Assembly: GCA_964423595.1 (NCBI GenBank)
Contig: CAYRFI010000006.1
Span: 8,458-72,457 of the forward strand
Direction of reading: 5' to 3'
DNA: 64,000 bases
DNA from: an uncultured Thermoanaerobaculia bacterium
GTDB lineage: Bacteria; Acidobacteriota; Thermoanaerobaculia; Thermoanaerobaculales; Sulfomarinibacteraceae
Part shown: piece by piece, positions 1 to 8,929 of the stretch
Numbering within the stretch: position 1 is the stretch's first letter
Layout: each line of letters starts with the position of its first letter
Made by a program: the position numbers and the translations under genes
The notes under the pieces: generated by a model
Seen by the model: the letters and a program-made list of their open reading frames with translations, nothing else
What the model was told of the DNA's origin: nothing
The model's database searches: none

Positions 1-2
1 GC

Positions 3-296
3 CTGGTGGCGATCGGCGTCCAGATCGGTGGCATGACCGAGGCTGAAATGGAAACCATGCAGGCGGCGATGAAGGAGAAGATGGGCGGCATGGGCGGCCA
101 TCCGCCGAGCGGCGGTATGAGCGGCGGCCCACCGAGCGGGATGGGCGGTGGCGGCCTCGGAAGCATGGGCGGTGGTATAGGCGGAATGGGAGGCGGTCGC
201 GGTGGAGGCGGAATGGGCGGTGATGGCGGAGACATGCGTCATCGAATGGACCCTGAAATCGAGTGGCTGTCCGTCACCCTGCCAGCGGGCGCCTAA
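3..296 (+). CDS. C-terminal fragment of a protein that starts upstream of the window; Gly/Met-rich tail (possibly another efflux adaptor)
   Basis: Frame is open from the window edge to a stop at 294-296. The tail MTEAEMETMQAAMKEKMGGMGG...GGMGGD is G/M low-complexity, and its EAEMETMQAAMKEK segment resembles EAIEAMRQRMKER in the adaptor at 3826-5241. It lies directly upstream of an RND pump. Confidence 0.4.
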   Translation: MVAIGVQIGGMTEAEMETMQAAMKEKMGGMGGHPPSGGMSGGPPSGMGGGGLGSMGGGIGGMGGGRGGGGMGGDGGDMRHRMDPEIEWLSVTLPAGA

Positions 297-309
297 GGAA
301 ACCAACGCC

Positions 310-423
310 ATGAATGTCAAGAACTCCAAACGAAACGATTTCGAATCACGCATCGTAGCTCAGACGGCCATGCTGCTTCTCGCCGTCTTCGGCCTCGTCG
401 TGCTCGCGGCGTTCAGGGGCTAG
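310..423 (+). CDS. Possible 37-aa single-pass membrane peptide
   Basis: ATG 310 is preceded by AAGGAAA. Translation is MNVKNSKRNDFESRIVAQTAMLLLAVFGLVVLAAFRG, a polar head plus one hydrophobic helix, with GC-rich third positions in the helix. No homology recognised. Confidence 0.3.
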   Translation: MNVKNSKRNDFESRIVAQTAMLLLAVFGLVVLAAFRG

Positions 424-460
424 ATGGGGTCGCAGCGGAGACTGGATACACAGAGTTTGA

Positions 461-512
461 CGCACCCGGGTCCTGAAGAAACACCCCCACCCGTTGCAGG
501 AACCCGGGTGCG
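461..512. repeat. Hairpin with C-run core in the loop (possible H7-related element) upstream of the RND operon
   Basis: Arms CGCACCCGGGTCC / GGAACCCGGGTGCG are complementary apart from one mismatch near the loop. The loop contains ACACCCCCACCCG, like the H7 core complement. Confidence 0.4.
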
Positions 513-598
513 CACCTCTTGTTCCCGGGAAGATCCTTTGCAGGTCGGAACATCCATGATTCAATGACGCGGCTCCAAAGAGGAAGGCAGAAACGGCA

Positions 599-3500
599 AT
601 GAAGGTCAACCCGATCATCCGCTTTGCGGTCGAGCGCCGGGTCACGATGGCCATGGCGGTGCTCGGCGTGCTGGTGCTCGGCTGGCTGTCGCTGACCCGG
701 CTGCCGTTGGAGTTCCTGCCGACGTTCTCGTCATCCTATATCTCGGTCAACGCCCCCTACCCCTCGTCGTCGCCCGCCGAGACCGAGCGGCGTATCGTGC
801 GGCCGCTCGAAGACAGTCTGGGTACCATCAACGGCGTCGAGACTCTGACCGCGAACTCCACCTCGAGCTCGGGCAGCGTCAGCCTCCGTTTTGTCGACGG
901 CACCGACATGGACCTCGCAGCGGTCGACGTCCGTGACCGGGTCGACCGGGTCCGCCACCGGCTCCCCGCCGACCTCGAGCGCGTCGACATCCGTCGCTTC
1001 CAGAGCTCCGACCGGCCGGTCATGCGCTTCCAGATCAGCGCCGACTGGCCGCGCGAGCGTCTCTACCGCTTTACCGAGGACGTGATCGTCCGCCGGCTAC
1101 AGCGGCTGGAAGGGGTCGCCGATGTCGAGGTCCGCGGCGTCGAGGTTCAGGAGGTGCAGATCAACCTCATCCCCGACCGCCTTGCGGCCCTCGGGATCGA
1201 CGTCCGCAAGGTCGCGGCGGTCATCCGCGCGAACCACGAGACGGCTTCTGTCGGCACGGTGCGCGACGGCTCGCGCGTCTGGTTCGTGCGCGTCGACGGC
1301 AAGCTCAAAAACCTCGACGAGATCCGTGCCCTGCCCCTCGGCGGCGGCCTCCGGCTCGGCGACGTCGCCGATGTGGACATGGCCTATCCCGAGCAGGAGG
1401 AGTGGGACTTTCTCAACGGCCAGGAAGCGCTCAACGTGCGCCTCTACAAGGCCTCCACCGCCAACCTCCTGGCGATGATCGACGGCGCGAAGGCCGAAAT
1501 CGAGGCGATTCTCGAGCTACCCGCCGCGGCCGGCCTGCACGTCAACATCTATCGCGACGACTCCGCGGACGTGCGCAACGGCATCGGAGAGCTGCGCAAC
1601 ACCGGTCTGCTCGGCGGCGCGCTGGCGGTACTTTTCATGTACCTCTTCCTGCGCCGCGTTCGCAGCACTCTGCTGGTGGCGATCGCAATCCCGGTGTCGG
1701 TGGTTGTGACCTTCGTCTTCATGTACCTGTCGCGGCAGGCCGGGTGGACCGACTTGACGCTCAACATCATGTCGCTTATGGGGTTGATGCTCTCCATCGG
1801 CATGCTGGTGGACAACTCCATCGTGGTCATCGAGTCGATCTTCCGCCACCACGAGGAGCTCGGCGAGGACGCACGCACCGCGACCCTCTGCGGCGCCTCC
1901 GAAGTGGCCTTGCCGATCGCCGCCTCGACCCTGACCACGATGTGCGTCTTCCTGCCGATGATCTTCCTGCCGTCGGGCGGTCGTTTCGCGATCTTCATGA
2001 CCAACATTGGCTTGACCGTGGTGGTGGTCATGGCCGCCTCGCTGGTGGTCGCCGTCACCGTGGTGCCGATGGTGGCGGCGAGGATCCTCGGCGGTGAGCG
2101 CCCCCACGAGGGCGGTCTGTGGAGCCGCATCTCAGCCACGTACGCTCGATCCCTCGCCTTCATGCTGCGACACCGGCTCGCCTTCGCGATCGCGGTCGTG
2201 CTGGCTCTGGTCGGCTCGTGGTACCTCTACCAGCGAATCGAGCGGACCCTTTCCGCCCCGTCCTACGAACGCCAGATCAGCATCGTGGTCGACACCCCGA
2301 AGAGCTACTCGATCGAGCAGAAGCGGGTCCTCTATGACGAGGTCTTCGCGCTGCTCGACCAGCACCGTGAGGAGCTCGAGATCGCCAACATCACCCACAC
2401 GTTTCGGCGAGGGAGCGGCCGTTCCCGCGGATGGTCCAGGGACAACCGCTTCGATATCTACCTCGTCGACGAGGAGCAAGGGCGGCTCGACACCTCTACC
2501 ATTCGCGACCGGATCGAGGCCCTGCTGCCCACCCGCGCCGGCGTGACCTTCACACTGTCACGGTCGATGCGCGGCCACTCAGGTTCGGGATCGAGCATCG
2601 AGGTGCAGATCCGCGGCGACCGCTCCGAGATCCTCGAGATCCTCGCCGATCGGGCGGTGGCGGCGCTGCGGGCCCTGGCCGGCGTCCGCGACGCCGACTC
2701 GTCGCTCGAAAGCGGAGACGTCGAGGTACTGGTGCGCCCCGACCGAGAACGCACCCTGGCAGCAGGTCTGTCGTCGCAATCGGTGGCCCAGAGCGTGTCG
2801 TCGGCCCTGTCGTCACGAGCGGTGACCTACTTCGAGGTCGAGGACCGCGAGCTCGACGTGGTCGTGCAGCACCGCGAACAGGACCGGCAGACCCTCGACC
2901 AGCTGAAAAAGCTGCCGCTCACCTTCGGCTCGAGCAAGCACGCTATCGGCACCGTGGCCGACTTCGACACCGCGCGCGGGGCGCGCTCGATCGAACGGGT
3001 GGACCGCAGCTCGACCGTCACCATCACCGCCGACACCGCTTCGGGCACGCCTTCGTTCGTCGCCCAGCGGATGGCCCAACAGGCCGTCGACGGGCTCAAC
3101 CTGCCGGCCGGCTACGAAGTAGTGGAGGGAGAGGACTGGATGAGCGGCGAGCAGGACGCCGCCAGCGCATTGTTCCTGCTGGCCTTCGCGCTGGTGCTGA
3201 TCTACATGGTGATGGCGTCGCTCTTCGAGAGCTTCGCCCAGCCCTTCACGATTATGTTCTCGGTGCCCTTCGCCTTCATCGGCGTCGGCCTCATCATGAC
3301 CCTGACCGGCCAGGCGCGTTCGTCGAGCTCGGACATGGGTCTCATCCTCCTCGCCGGCATCGTCGTCAACAACGCGATCGTGCTTGTGGACCACATCAAC
3401 CAGCTCCGCCAGCAGGGCCTGCCCCGCGATGAGGCGATCATCCTCGGCGGCCGCCACCGTCTGCGCCCCATCTTGATGACCGCCATGACAACGGTGCTCG

Positions 3501-3829
3501 GGCTGTCACCCATGGTGGCCGGCTACTTCCTGCCGAGCTTCTTCGGCGCACCCGACGGCCGCGCCGCATTTTGGGCACCGATCGGTCTGGTCATCCTCGG
3601 CGGGCTGACCATGTCCACATTCCTCACGGTCATGGTGATCCCGACCGTCTACTCCCTGATCGACGACCTCAGCGTCTTCGTCCGGCGCATCGCGGTGGAG
3701 GTCCTGCGCGGCTCGTCGCGAACTGTCCCTGTGCCCGCATATCCCGGCGGAGCCCAATGGGCGAAGCCGGATGCCGTCTCCGTGCCCGCCAGCAGCCCCG
3801 AATCCACTCAAGGAAAATATTCCCAGTGA
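599..3829 (+). CDS. RND (AcrB/HAE1-type) efflux transporter, inner-membrane subunit
   Basis: 1076-aa ORF. RND hallmarks are N-terminal IRFAVERRVTMAMAVLGVLVLG, the TM4 region GLMLSIGMLVDNSIVVIESI, and NAIVLVDHINQLRQQG in the second half, with 12-TM, two-large-loop organisation. ATG is preceded by AAGAGGAAGG. Confidence 0.95.
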   Translation: MKVNPIIRFAVERRVTMAMAVLGVLVLGWLSLTRLPLEFLPTFSSSYISVNAPYPSSSPAETERRIVRPLEDSLGTINGVETLTANSTSSSGSVSLRFVDGTDMDLAAVDVRDRVDRVRHRLPADLERVDIRRFQSSDRPVMRFQISADWPRERLYRFTEDVIVRRLQRLEGVADVEVRGVEVQEVQINLIPDRLAALGIDVRKVAAVIRANHETASVGTVRDGSRVWFVRVDGKLKNLDEIRALPLGGGLRLGDVADVDMAYPEQEEWDFLNGQEALNVRLYKASTANLLAMIDGAKAEIEAILELPAAAGLHVNIYRDDSADVRNGIGELRNTGLLGGALAVLFMYLFLRRVRSTLLVAIAIPVSVVVTFVFMYLSRQAGWTDLTLNIMSLMGLMLSIGMLVDNSIVVIESIFRHHEELGEDARTATLCGASEVALPIAASTLTTMCVFLPMIFLPSGGRFAIFMTNIGLTVVVVMAASLVVAVTVVPMVAARILGGERPHEGGLWSRISATYARSLAFMLRHRLAFAIAVVLALVGSWYLYQRIERTLSAPSYERQISIVVDTPKSYSIEQKRVLYDEVFALLDQHREELEIANITHTFRRGSGRSRGWSRDNRFDIYLVDEEQGRLDTSTIRDRIEALLPTRAGVTFTLSRSMRGHSGSGSSIEVQIRGDRSEILEILADRAVAALRALAGVRDADSSLESGDVEVLVRPDRERTLAAGLSSQSVAQSVSSALSSRAVTYFEVEDRELDVVVQHREQDRQTLDQLKKLPLTFGSSKHAIGTVADFDTARGARSIERVDRSSTVTITADTASGTPSFVAQRMAQQAVDGLNLPAGYEVVEGEDWMSGEQDAASALFLLAFALVLIYMVMASLFESFAQPFTIMFSVPFAFIGVGLIMTLTGQARSSSSDMGLILLAGIVVNNAIVLVDHINQLRQQGLPRDEAIILGGRHRLRPILMTAMTTVLGLSPMVAGYFLPSFFGAPDGRAAFWAPIGLVILGGLTMSTFLTVMVIPTVYSLIDDLSVFVRRIAVEVLRGSSRTVPVPAYPGGAQWAKPDAVSVPASSPESTQGKYSQ

Positions 3830-5241
3830 AAATCAAACAGATCACCACTATCTCTGCGTCCTTTCTCATGGTTCTCACCCTCTCCGCATGCGACGGATCC
3901 TCCGGCGACGCCGGGGGCCGCACCGACGGTGGTCGCCCGAACGCGATGGGCGACCCGATGGAGGTCGGCGCGCCCGCCGCGGCGGTGCCGGTGCGGGTGC
4001 AGCGCGTTCTTCGCCGATCCATCTCGCAGTACCTGCAGACCAACGGCACGCTCGAGGCCGAAAACGAGGTCGATATTGTCGCCCGCACCTCCGGCCCGGT
4101 GACCGAGATCCTGACTGAGGAAGGTCAGATGGTTCGCGCAGGTCAGCTGATGGCGCGCATCGATGACCGGGAGCCGAAGAACCAGGCCGCGATCGCGCGG
4201 GTCGCCCGCGACGAGGCGCAGCTCGCCTTCGACCGCACCCAGGCCTCGTGGAACGAAGGGCTGGTGAGTCGCGAGGCTTACGACAGCGCGATATCGAAGT
4301 TGGCCGCGGCGCAGGCGCAGCTAGAGAGCGCCGAGATCCAGCTCGCCTACACCGAGATCCGCGCTCCGTTCGACGCCCAGGTGGTGACGCGGGACATCAA
4401 GCTCGCACAGTACGTGACTTCCGGCGCGCGATTGTTTCGGATCTCAGACTTCACGCCCCTCCTGTGCCGGGTCGAGGTGCCCGAGAAGGACCTGCCACGA
4501 GTGCGGATCGGACAGACCGCCCACCTCGAGGTCGAGGCCTACCCTGGTCAGCAGTTCCCGGCCTCCGTCTCGCGGCTGCGGCCGACCGTCGACCCCGCCT
4601 CGGGCACCTTCACCGTCACCCTCGAGGTGGCTGCGCAGGGCAAGCTGCGACCCGGCATGTTCGCTTCGGTGTACCTGGAGACCGAGACCCGTGAAAACGT
4701 GCTCGCGATTCCGCGCGACGCGCTCGTACTCGATTCACTGGGCGACACGGTCTACGTCATGGTCGACGGCGTCGCCGAGCGGCGGGAGGTACGCCTCGGC
4801 CTGCGCGACGAAGACTCGGTGGAGGTCGTCGATGGGCTCGCGGGCGGTGAGCAGCTGATCGTGCTTGGCCAGGAAGGCCTCGCCGACGGCACGCCGGTGG
4901 AGGTCCTTGGCGATGCGCCGCCCGCCGCGTCCACCGTGGAGGCCGCGGGACCGCCGCCGGAGGCCATCGAGGCGATGCGGCAGCGGATGAAGGAGCGCGG
5001 GATGTCGGACGAGGAGATCGAGCAACGCCTGCAAGAGATGCGTGATGGTGGCGGCCGGGGGGGCGGCATGCGACAAGTGGGCGTGAGTGAGATACCGCCC
5101 TTCTTGGCGCAACGGATCAAAGAGGCGTCGCCCGAGGAGCTCGAAGGCATCAAGGAACGGATGAAGCAGTTCGGCCTTTCCGACGAACGCATCGAGGAGA
5201 TCATCAAGCAGATCCGCGAAAACGGCGGGGACGCGAATTGA
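3826..5241 (+). CDS. RND efflux periplasmic adaptor (MFP/HlyD family) lipoprotein with long charged C-terminal extension
   Basis: GTG 3826 overlaps the pump stop (GTGA). N-terminus VKIKQITTISASFLMVLTLSAC is a signal peptide plus lipobox. MFP motifs include coiled-coil AAAQAQLESAEIQLAYTEIRAPFDAQVV and PGMFASVYLE. The ORF-track start at 3571 lies inside the pump gene and is rejected. Confidence 0.9.
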   Translation: MKIKQITTISASFLMVLTLSACDGSSGDAGGRTDGGRPNAMGDPMEVGAPAAAVPVRVQRVLRRSISQYLQTNGTLEAENEVDIVARTSGPVTEILTEEGQMVRAGQLMARIDDREPKNQAAIARVARDEAQLAFDRTQASWNEGLVSREAYDSAISKLAAAQAQLESAEIQLAYTEIRAPFDAQVVTRDIKLAQYVTSGARLFRISDFTPLLCRVEVPEKDLPRVRIGQTAHLEVEAYPGQQFPASVSRLRPTVDPASGTFTVTLEVAAQGKLRPGMFASVYLETETRENVLAIPRDALVLDSLGDTVYVMVDGVAERREVRLGLRDEDSVEVVDGLAGGEQLIVLGQEGLADGTPVEVLGDAPPAASTVEAAGPPPEAIEAMRQRMKERGMSDEEIEQRLQEMRDGGGRGGGMRQVGVSEIPPFLAQRIKEASPEELEGIKERMKQFGLSDERIEEIIKQIRENGGDAN

Positions 5242-5382
5242 ACCACAAAGACACGAAGACACGAAGTACGCACCAAGTTTTTCTTAACCTGGCGATGACT
5301 GACATCGAAACGTCTGGGGATTTCGACGCCAGGTCAGAATTCTTCTTTGTGAAGACCTTTGTGCCTTTGTGCCTTCGTGGTT
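5242..5382. repeat. Long imperfect hairpin with tandem 8-nt-word arms (H7-like variant) between adaptor and second pump
   Basis: The left arm AACCAC-AAAGACAC-GAAGACAC-GAAG and the reverse complement of the right arm AACCAC-GAAGGCAC-AAAGGCAC-AAAG match at 21/26 positions. An inner stem ACCTGGCG...CGCCAGGT is present. The G-run core is weak (TCTGGGGA). Confidence 0.6.
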
Positions 5383-5413
5383 CAAAAGCGGTCGCCGAAT
5401 CGGGGCAGCCAGA

Positions 5414-8400
5414 ATGAAGATTGTCGATCTTTCGATCCGACGCCCGGTGACGGTCTTCATATTCGCGGTGGCGGCGGTGGTCTTCGGGATCGTTGCCTTC
5501 CGCAACCTCGCGGTCAATCTGCTGCCCGACATCACCTACCCGTCGCTGACTATCCGCACCACCTACGAGGGCACGGCACCGGTCGAGATCGAGTCACTGC
5601 TGACACGGCCAATTGAAAATGCGGTCGGTGTCGTCAACAACGTGGTCCGCGTCACGTCCTCGTCGCGCGCGGACGTGTCCGAGGTGACCCTCGAGTTTGC
5701 ATGGGACACCGACATGGACTTCGCCTCCCTCGACGTGCGCGACCGCCTCGACCGGGTGCGGCTGCCTCTCGAGGCCGAGCCGCCGATCCTGTTGCGCTTC
5801 GACCCGTCGCTCGATCCCATCATGCGTGTCGGCCTTCACGGTTCCGACGATCTCGCGCAGCTTCGTTTCATGGCCGAGGAGGACCTCAAGCGCGCCTTCG
5901 AGCGCATCGACGGAGTCGCCGCAGCGGTGGTTTCTGGGGGGCTCGAGGAGGAGATCCAGGTCGAGCTCGACGAGCGCAAGCTGACGGCGCTCGGACTGTC
6001 GGTAGGTCAGGTGGCGAGCCGGCTGGCGGCGGAAAACGTCAACATCACCGGCGGAACGCTGCGTGACGGCCGCACCGAGTACCTGGTCCGGACCCTCAAT
6101 GAGTTCGTACGGCCGGAAGACATGCGATCCATCGTCGTGCAGCGCAGCGGCCAAGCGATCATTCGTCTGTCGGACGTGGCGCGGGTCTATACCGGCCACA
6201 AGGAACGCGAGATCATCACCCGCATCAACGGCGACGAGTCGGTGGAGCTGGCGATCTACAAGGAGGGTGGCACCAACACCGTGACCGTCTCTGATGCCGT
6301 CACCCGGCGCCTGGACGAGCTTCGTGCGGAGATCGCCAGGGTCGACCCTGCTTTGCGGATCGACATCATCACCGACCAGGCGCGATACATCCGGCAGGCG
6401 GTCCGCGAGGTTCTCGAGACCGCTCTCTTCGGTGGCCTGTTGGCGGTCCTGGTGCTCTACCTCTTCCTGCGCTCGGTCAAGAACACGCTCATTATCTCGA
6501 TTTCGATCCCGGTGTCGGTGGTCGCCACGTTCTTCCTCATGTATGTGGCCGGGATTTCGCTCAACATCATGTCATTGGGCGGTCTCACCCTCGGTGTCGG
6601 GCTGCTTGTCGACAACGCGATCGTCGTATTGGAGGCGGTGCAGCGCAAGCGGGACGACGGCCTTGACGTCGTCGAGGCGGCGCGGATCGGCACCTCGGAG
6701 GTCGGGCGCGCCATCACCGCCTCGACCCTGACAACGATCTGCGTCTTCGTGCCCATCGTCTTCGTCGAAGGAGTCGCCGCGCAGCTCTTCCGCGACCAGG
6801 CCCTCACCGTCGCCTTTTCGCTGATGGTGTCGTTGGTCGTGGCACTGACCGTCATTCCGATGCTCGCCTCACGCCGTCTCGACCCCGCACATGCGGTTTC
6901 GACGGGAAGCGGGGACACACCGCAGCCCGCGCCTCTCCGGTGGCTCGGCGTGGCGGTCTTCACAGTCACCACACGGATCCTCGGGGCGGCGCTGGTTGTC
7001 GTCCGAGTGATCGGCCGCACGAGCGGCGCCATCCTGAAACCGATCCTCGACCTCTTCGACCGCGCGCTGGCGGCCACCGCCGCCGGTTACTCGCGGGCGA
7101 TCTCGCGCGTCCTCGGACGCCCGCTGGCGGTGGTCGGCGTGACGGTGATCCTGCTCGTGGGCAGTCTCGGCCTCTACCGCTCCCTCGGTTCGGAGCTCAT
7201 CCCCGAGCTCGTGCAGGGCGAATTCTACGCCGACCTCGAGCTGCCGCCGGGGACCCGACTCGAGGTCACCGACCGCAAGCTCCTCGACCTCACCGAGACC
7301 GCCGACACCATCGCCGGCCTGAAGACTGTCTACACCATCGCCGGCACTTCCAACGAGCAGGGAGGCACCGCTGGTGAGCTCCGCGAGTACCTCGGCCAGA
7401 TCACGATCACCCTCGAACCGCCGGTGTCGCGGGAGGCCGAGGACGCGGCCATGTTGCAACTGCGCCAGGCCGTCGATGCCGAAAACCTGGCGTTGCAACA
7501 CGGCAACGAGCTCGAGGCGGGCCGGCGGCCCGCGCTGGTGGCACGCTTTGGCAGGCCCTCGTACTTCAGCTTCAAAACCGCCATCGAGGTCGAGGTACGC
7601 GGGTTCAACCTCGAGCTCCTGGAGCGGCTGGCGGCGGAGGTCGTGGCAAGGATGCAAGCCATCGAGGGCCTGACCGATATCAGCGCCTCCACCGAGGGCG
7701 GCCACCCCGAGCTCCAGGTGCGGCTCGACCGAGACCGCCTCGCCGCCTACGGGCTCGGGATCGATGACGTGGCGGCGGTGCTGCGCGGCATGGTGCAGGG
7801 GGACGTGGCGACCGACATCACTCGGACCGACCGCACCATCGACATCCGGGTGCGCGCCGCCGAGCGCTTTCGCTCGTCCGCCGAGGCTCTTGCAAACTTG
7901 ACCGTGACCCAGGTCGGCGGCACCTCCATCCCGCTGTCGGCGGTTGCCGAGGTGCTCGAACTCGAGGGCCCGGCCGAGATCCGCCGCGCAGACGGCACCC
8001 GCGTCGCCAGCATCACCGCCAACCTCGCCGACCGCGACCTCGGATCGGTGACCGCCGACATCCGTCGCGCGCTCGAGGGTATGAGCTGGCCGTCGGGGTA
8101 CGACTGGCGTCTCGGCGGCCAGGAGGAGGAGATGGCCACGTCATTCGCGTCCATGCGGCTCGCCTTCGGGCTCGCCGTGTTTATGGTCTACCTGGTGATG
8201 GCGTCGCAGTTCGAGAGCCTGCTCCATCCCTTCGTCATCATGTTCTCGGTCCCGTTCGCGGTCATCGGCGTCCTCACCACGATGTGGCTGTTCGGGGTGA
8301 CCGTCAGCGTCGTATCGTTGATCGGCTTCATCCTGCTCGCGGGCATAGCGGTCAACGGCGCGATCGTCCTCGTCGACTACGCCAACCAGCTGCGGCGCCA

Positions 8401-8635
8401 GGGCCTCGGCAAGCTCGAGGCGCTGGCACAGGCCGGCCGCGTCCGGATGCGCCCGATCCTGATGACGAGCTTGACGACGATTTTCGGGCTCCTGCCAATG
8501 GCTCTCGGCCTCGGTGAGGGCGCCGAGCTGCGCACGCCGATGGCATTGACGGTGATCGGTGGGATGATGACCTCCACGTTGCTGACTCTACTGGTGGTCC
8601 CGGCGGTGTACGCGATCCTCGACAGGCGGTCGTAG
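5414..8635 (+). CDS. RND (AcrB/HAE1-type) efflux transporter, second paralog
   Basis: Begins MKIVDLSIRRPVTVFIFAVAAVVFG, a typical RND start. Also has GGLTLGVGLLVDNAIVVLEAV and NGAIVLVDYANQLRRQG. It is colinear with the pump at 599-3829. Codons upstream of 5414 lie in a repeat hairpin. Confidence 0.95.
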   Translation: MKIVDLSIRRPVTVFIFAVAAVVFGIVAFRNLAVNLLPDITYPSLTIRTTYEGTAPVEIESLLTRPIENAVGVVNNVVRVTSSSRADVSEVTLEFAWDTDMDFASLDVRDRLDRVRLPLEAEPPILLRFDPSLDPIMRVGLHGSDDLAQLRFMAEEDLKRAFERIDGVAAAVVSGGLEEEIQVELDERKLTALGLSVGQVASRLAAENVNITGGTLRDGRTEYLVRTLNEFVRPEDMRSIVVQRSGQAIIRLSDVARVYTGHKEREIITRINGDESVELAIYKEGGTNTVTVSDAVTRRLDELRAEIARVDPALRIDIITDQARYIRQAVREVLETALFGGLLAVLVLYLFLRSVKNTLIISISIPVSVVATFFLMYVAGISLNIMSLGGLTLGVGLLVDNAIVVLEAVQRKRDDGLDVVEAARIGTSEVGRAITASTLTTICVFVPIVFVEGVAAQLFRDQALTVAFSLMVSLVVALTVIPMLASRRLDPAHAVSTGSGDTPQPAPLRWLGVAVFTVTTRILGAALVVVRVIGRTSGAILKPILDLFDRALAATAAGYSRAISRVLGRPLAVVGVTVILLVGSLGLYRSLGSELIPELVQGEFYADLELPPGTRLEVTDRKLLDLTETADTIAGLKTVYTIAGTSNEQGGTAGELREYLGQITITLEPPVSREAEDAAMLQLRQAVDAENLALQHGNELEAGRRPALVARFGRPSYFSFKTAIEVEVRGFNLELLERLAAEVVARMQAIEGLTDISASTEGGHPELQVRLDRDRLAAYGLGIDDVAAVLRGMVQGDVATDITRTDRTIDIRVRAAERFRSSAEALANLTVTQVGGTSIPLSAVAEVLELEGPAEIRRADGTRVASITANLADRDLGSVTADIRRALEGMSWPSGYDWRLGGQEEEMATSFASMRLAFGLAVFMVYLVMASQFESLLHPFVIMFSVPFAVIGVLTTMWLFGVTVSVVSLIGFILLAGIAVNGAIVLVDYANQLRRQGLGKLEALAQAGRVRMRPILMTSLTTIFGLLPMALGLGEGAELRTPMALTVIGGMMTSTLLTLLVVPAVYAILDRRS

Positions 8636-8641
8636 CCCCGC

Positions 8642-8870
8642 AAGCGCTTCTCGCTTCGGCGAGAAAGGTGCCACCCGTCGCATTGTTTCACTGAGGTGCG
8701 CGTTGAGGCTTCGACGACACAGGTGCCACATTTCGCATTGTTTGCCCGAGAGGCTTGAACTGGCCGAAATGCGCGGAGATCAAACAATGCGAAGTGTGGC
8801 ACCATCCCCGCCGATGCCTCATCGCGCGCCTCATTGGAGGAGTGGCACCTGTGTCGTCGACGCGGCCTCG
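8642..8870. repeat. P elements (GGTGCCAC...CATTGT palindromic family), nested/tandem units
   Basis: The inner hairpin GGTGCCACATTTCGCATTGTTTG (8722-8744) / CAAACAATGCGAAGTGTGGCACC (8781-8803) has 1 mismatch. It is preceded by GCTTCGACGACACA, the inverse of the family tail. The outer left arm is at 8667-8691 and the outer right end GAGTGGCACCTGTGTCGTCGACGC is at 8839-8862. The left flank AAGCGCTTCTCGCTTCGGCG is shared with other copies. Confidence 0.8.
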
Positions 8871-8929
8871 TGCTTCCGAAACGGTGTCGTCTGGGATCGA
8901 TGGATGTTGACCCGCCGCCATCGTCGTGC

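Noticed and set aside
60-240. Repetitive ATGGGCGGC-type nucleotide tract considered as a DNA repeat element.
   Set aside because: It lies in frame within the incoming ORF and encodes the (G/M)n tail. It is coding low complexity rather than an intergenic repeat.
8839-8862. The P-element end GTGGCACCTGTGTCGTCGA looks like a sigma-54 -24 box (TGGCAC).
   Set aside because: The -12 element is absent. With GG fixed at -24, the required GC ten nt downstream is GT, within TCGT rather than TTGC. The TGGCAC is explained by the palindrome (GGTGCCAC / GTGGCACC).
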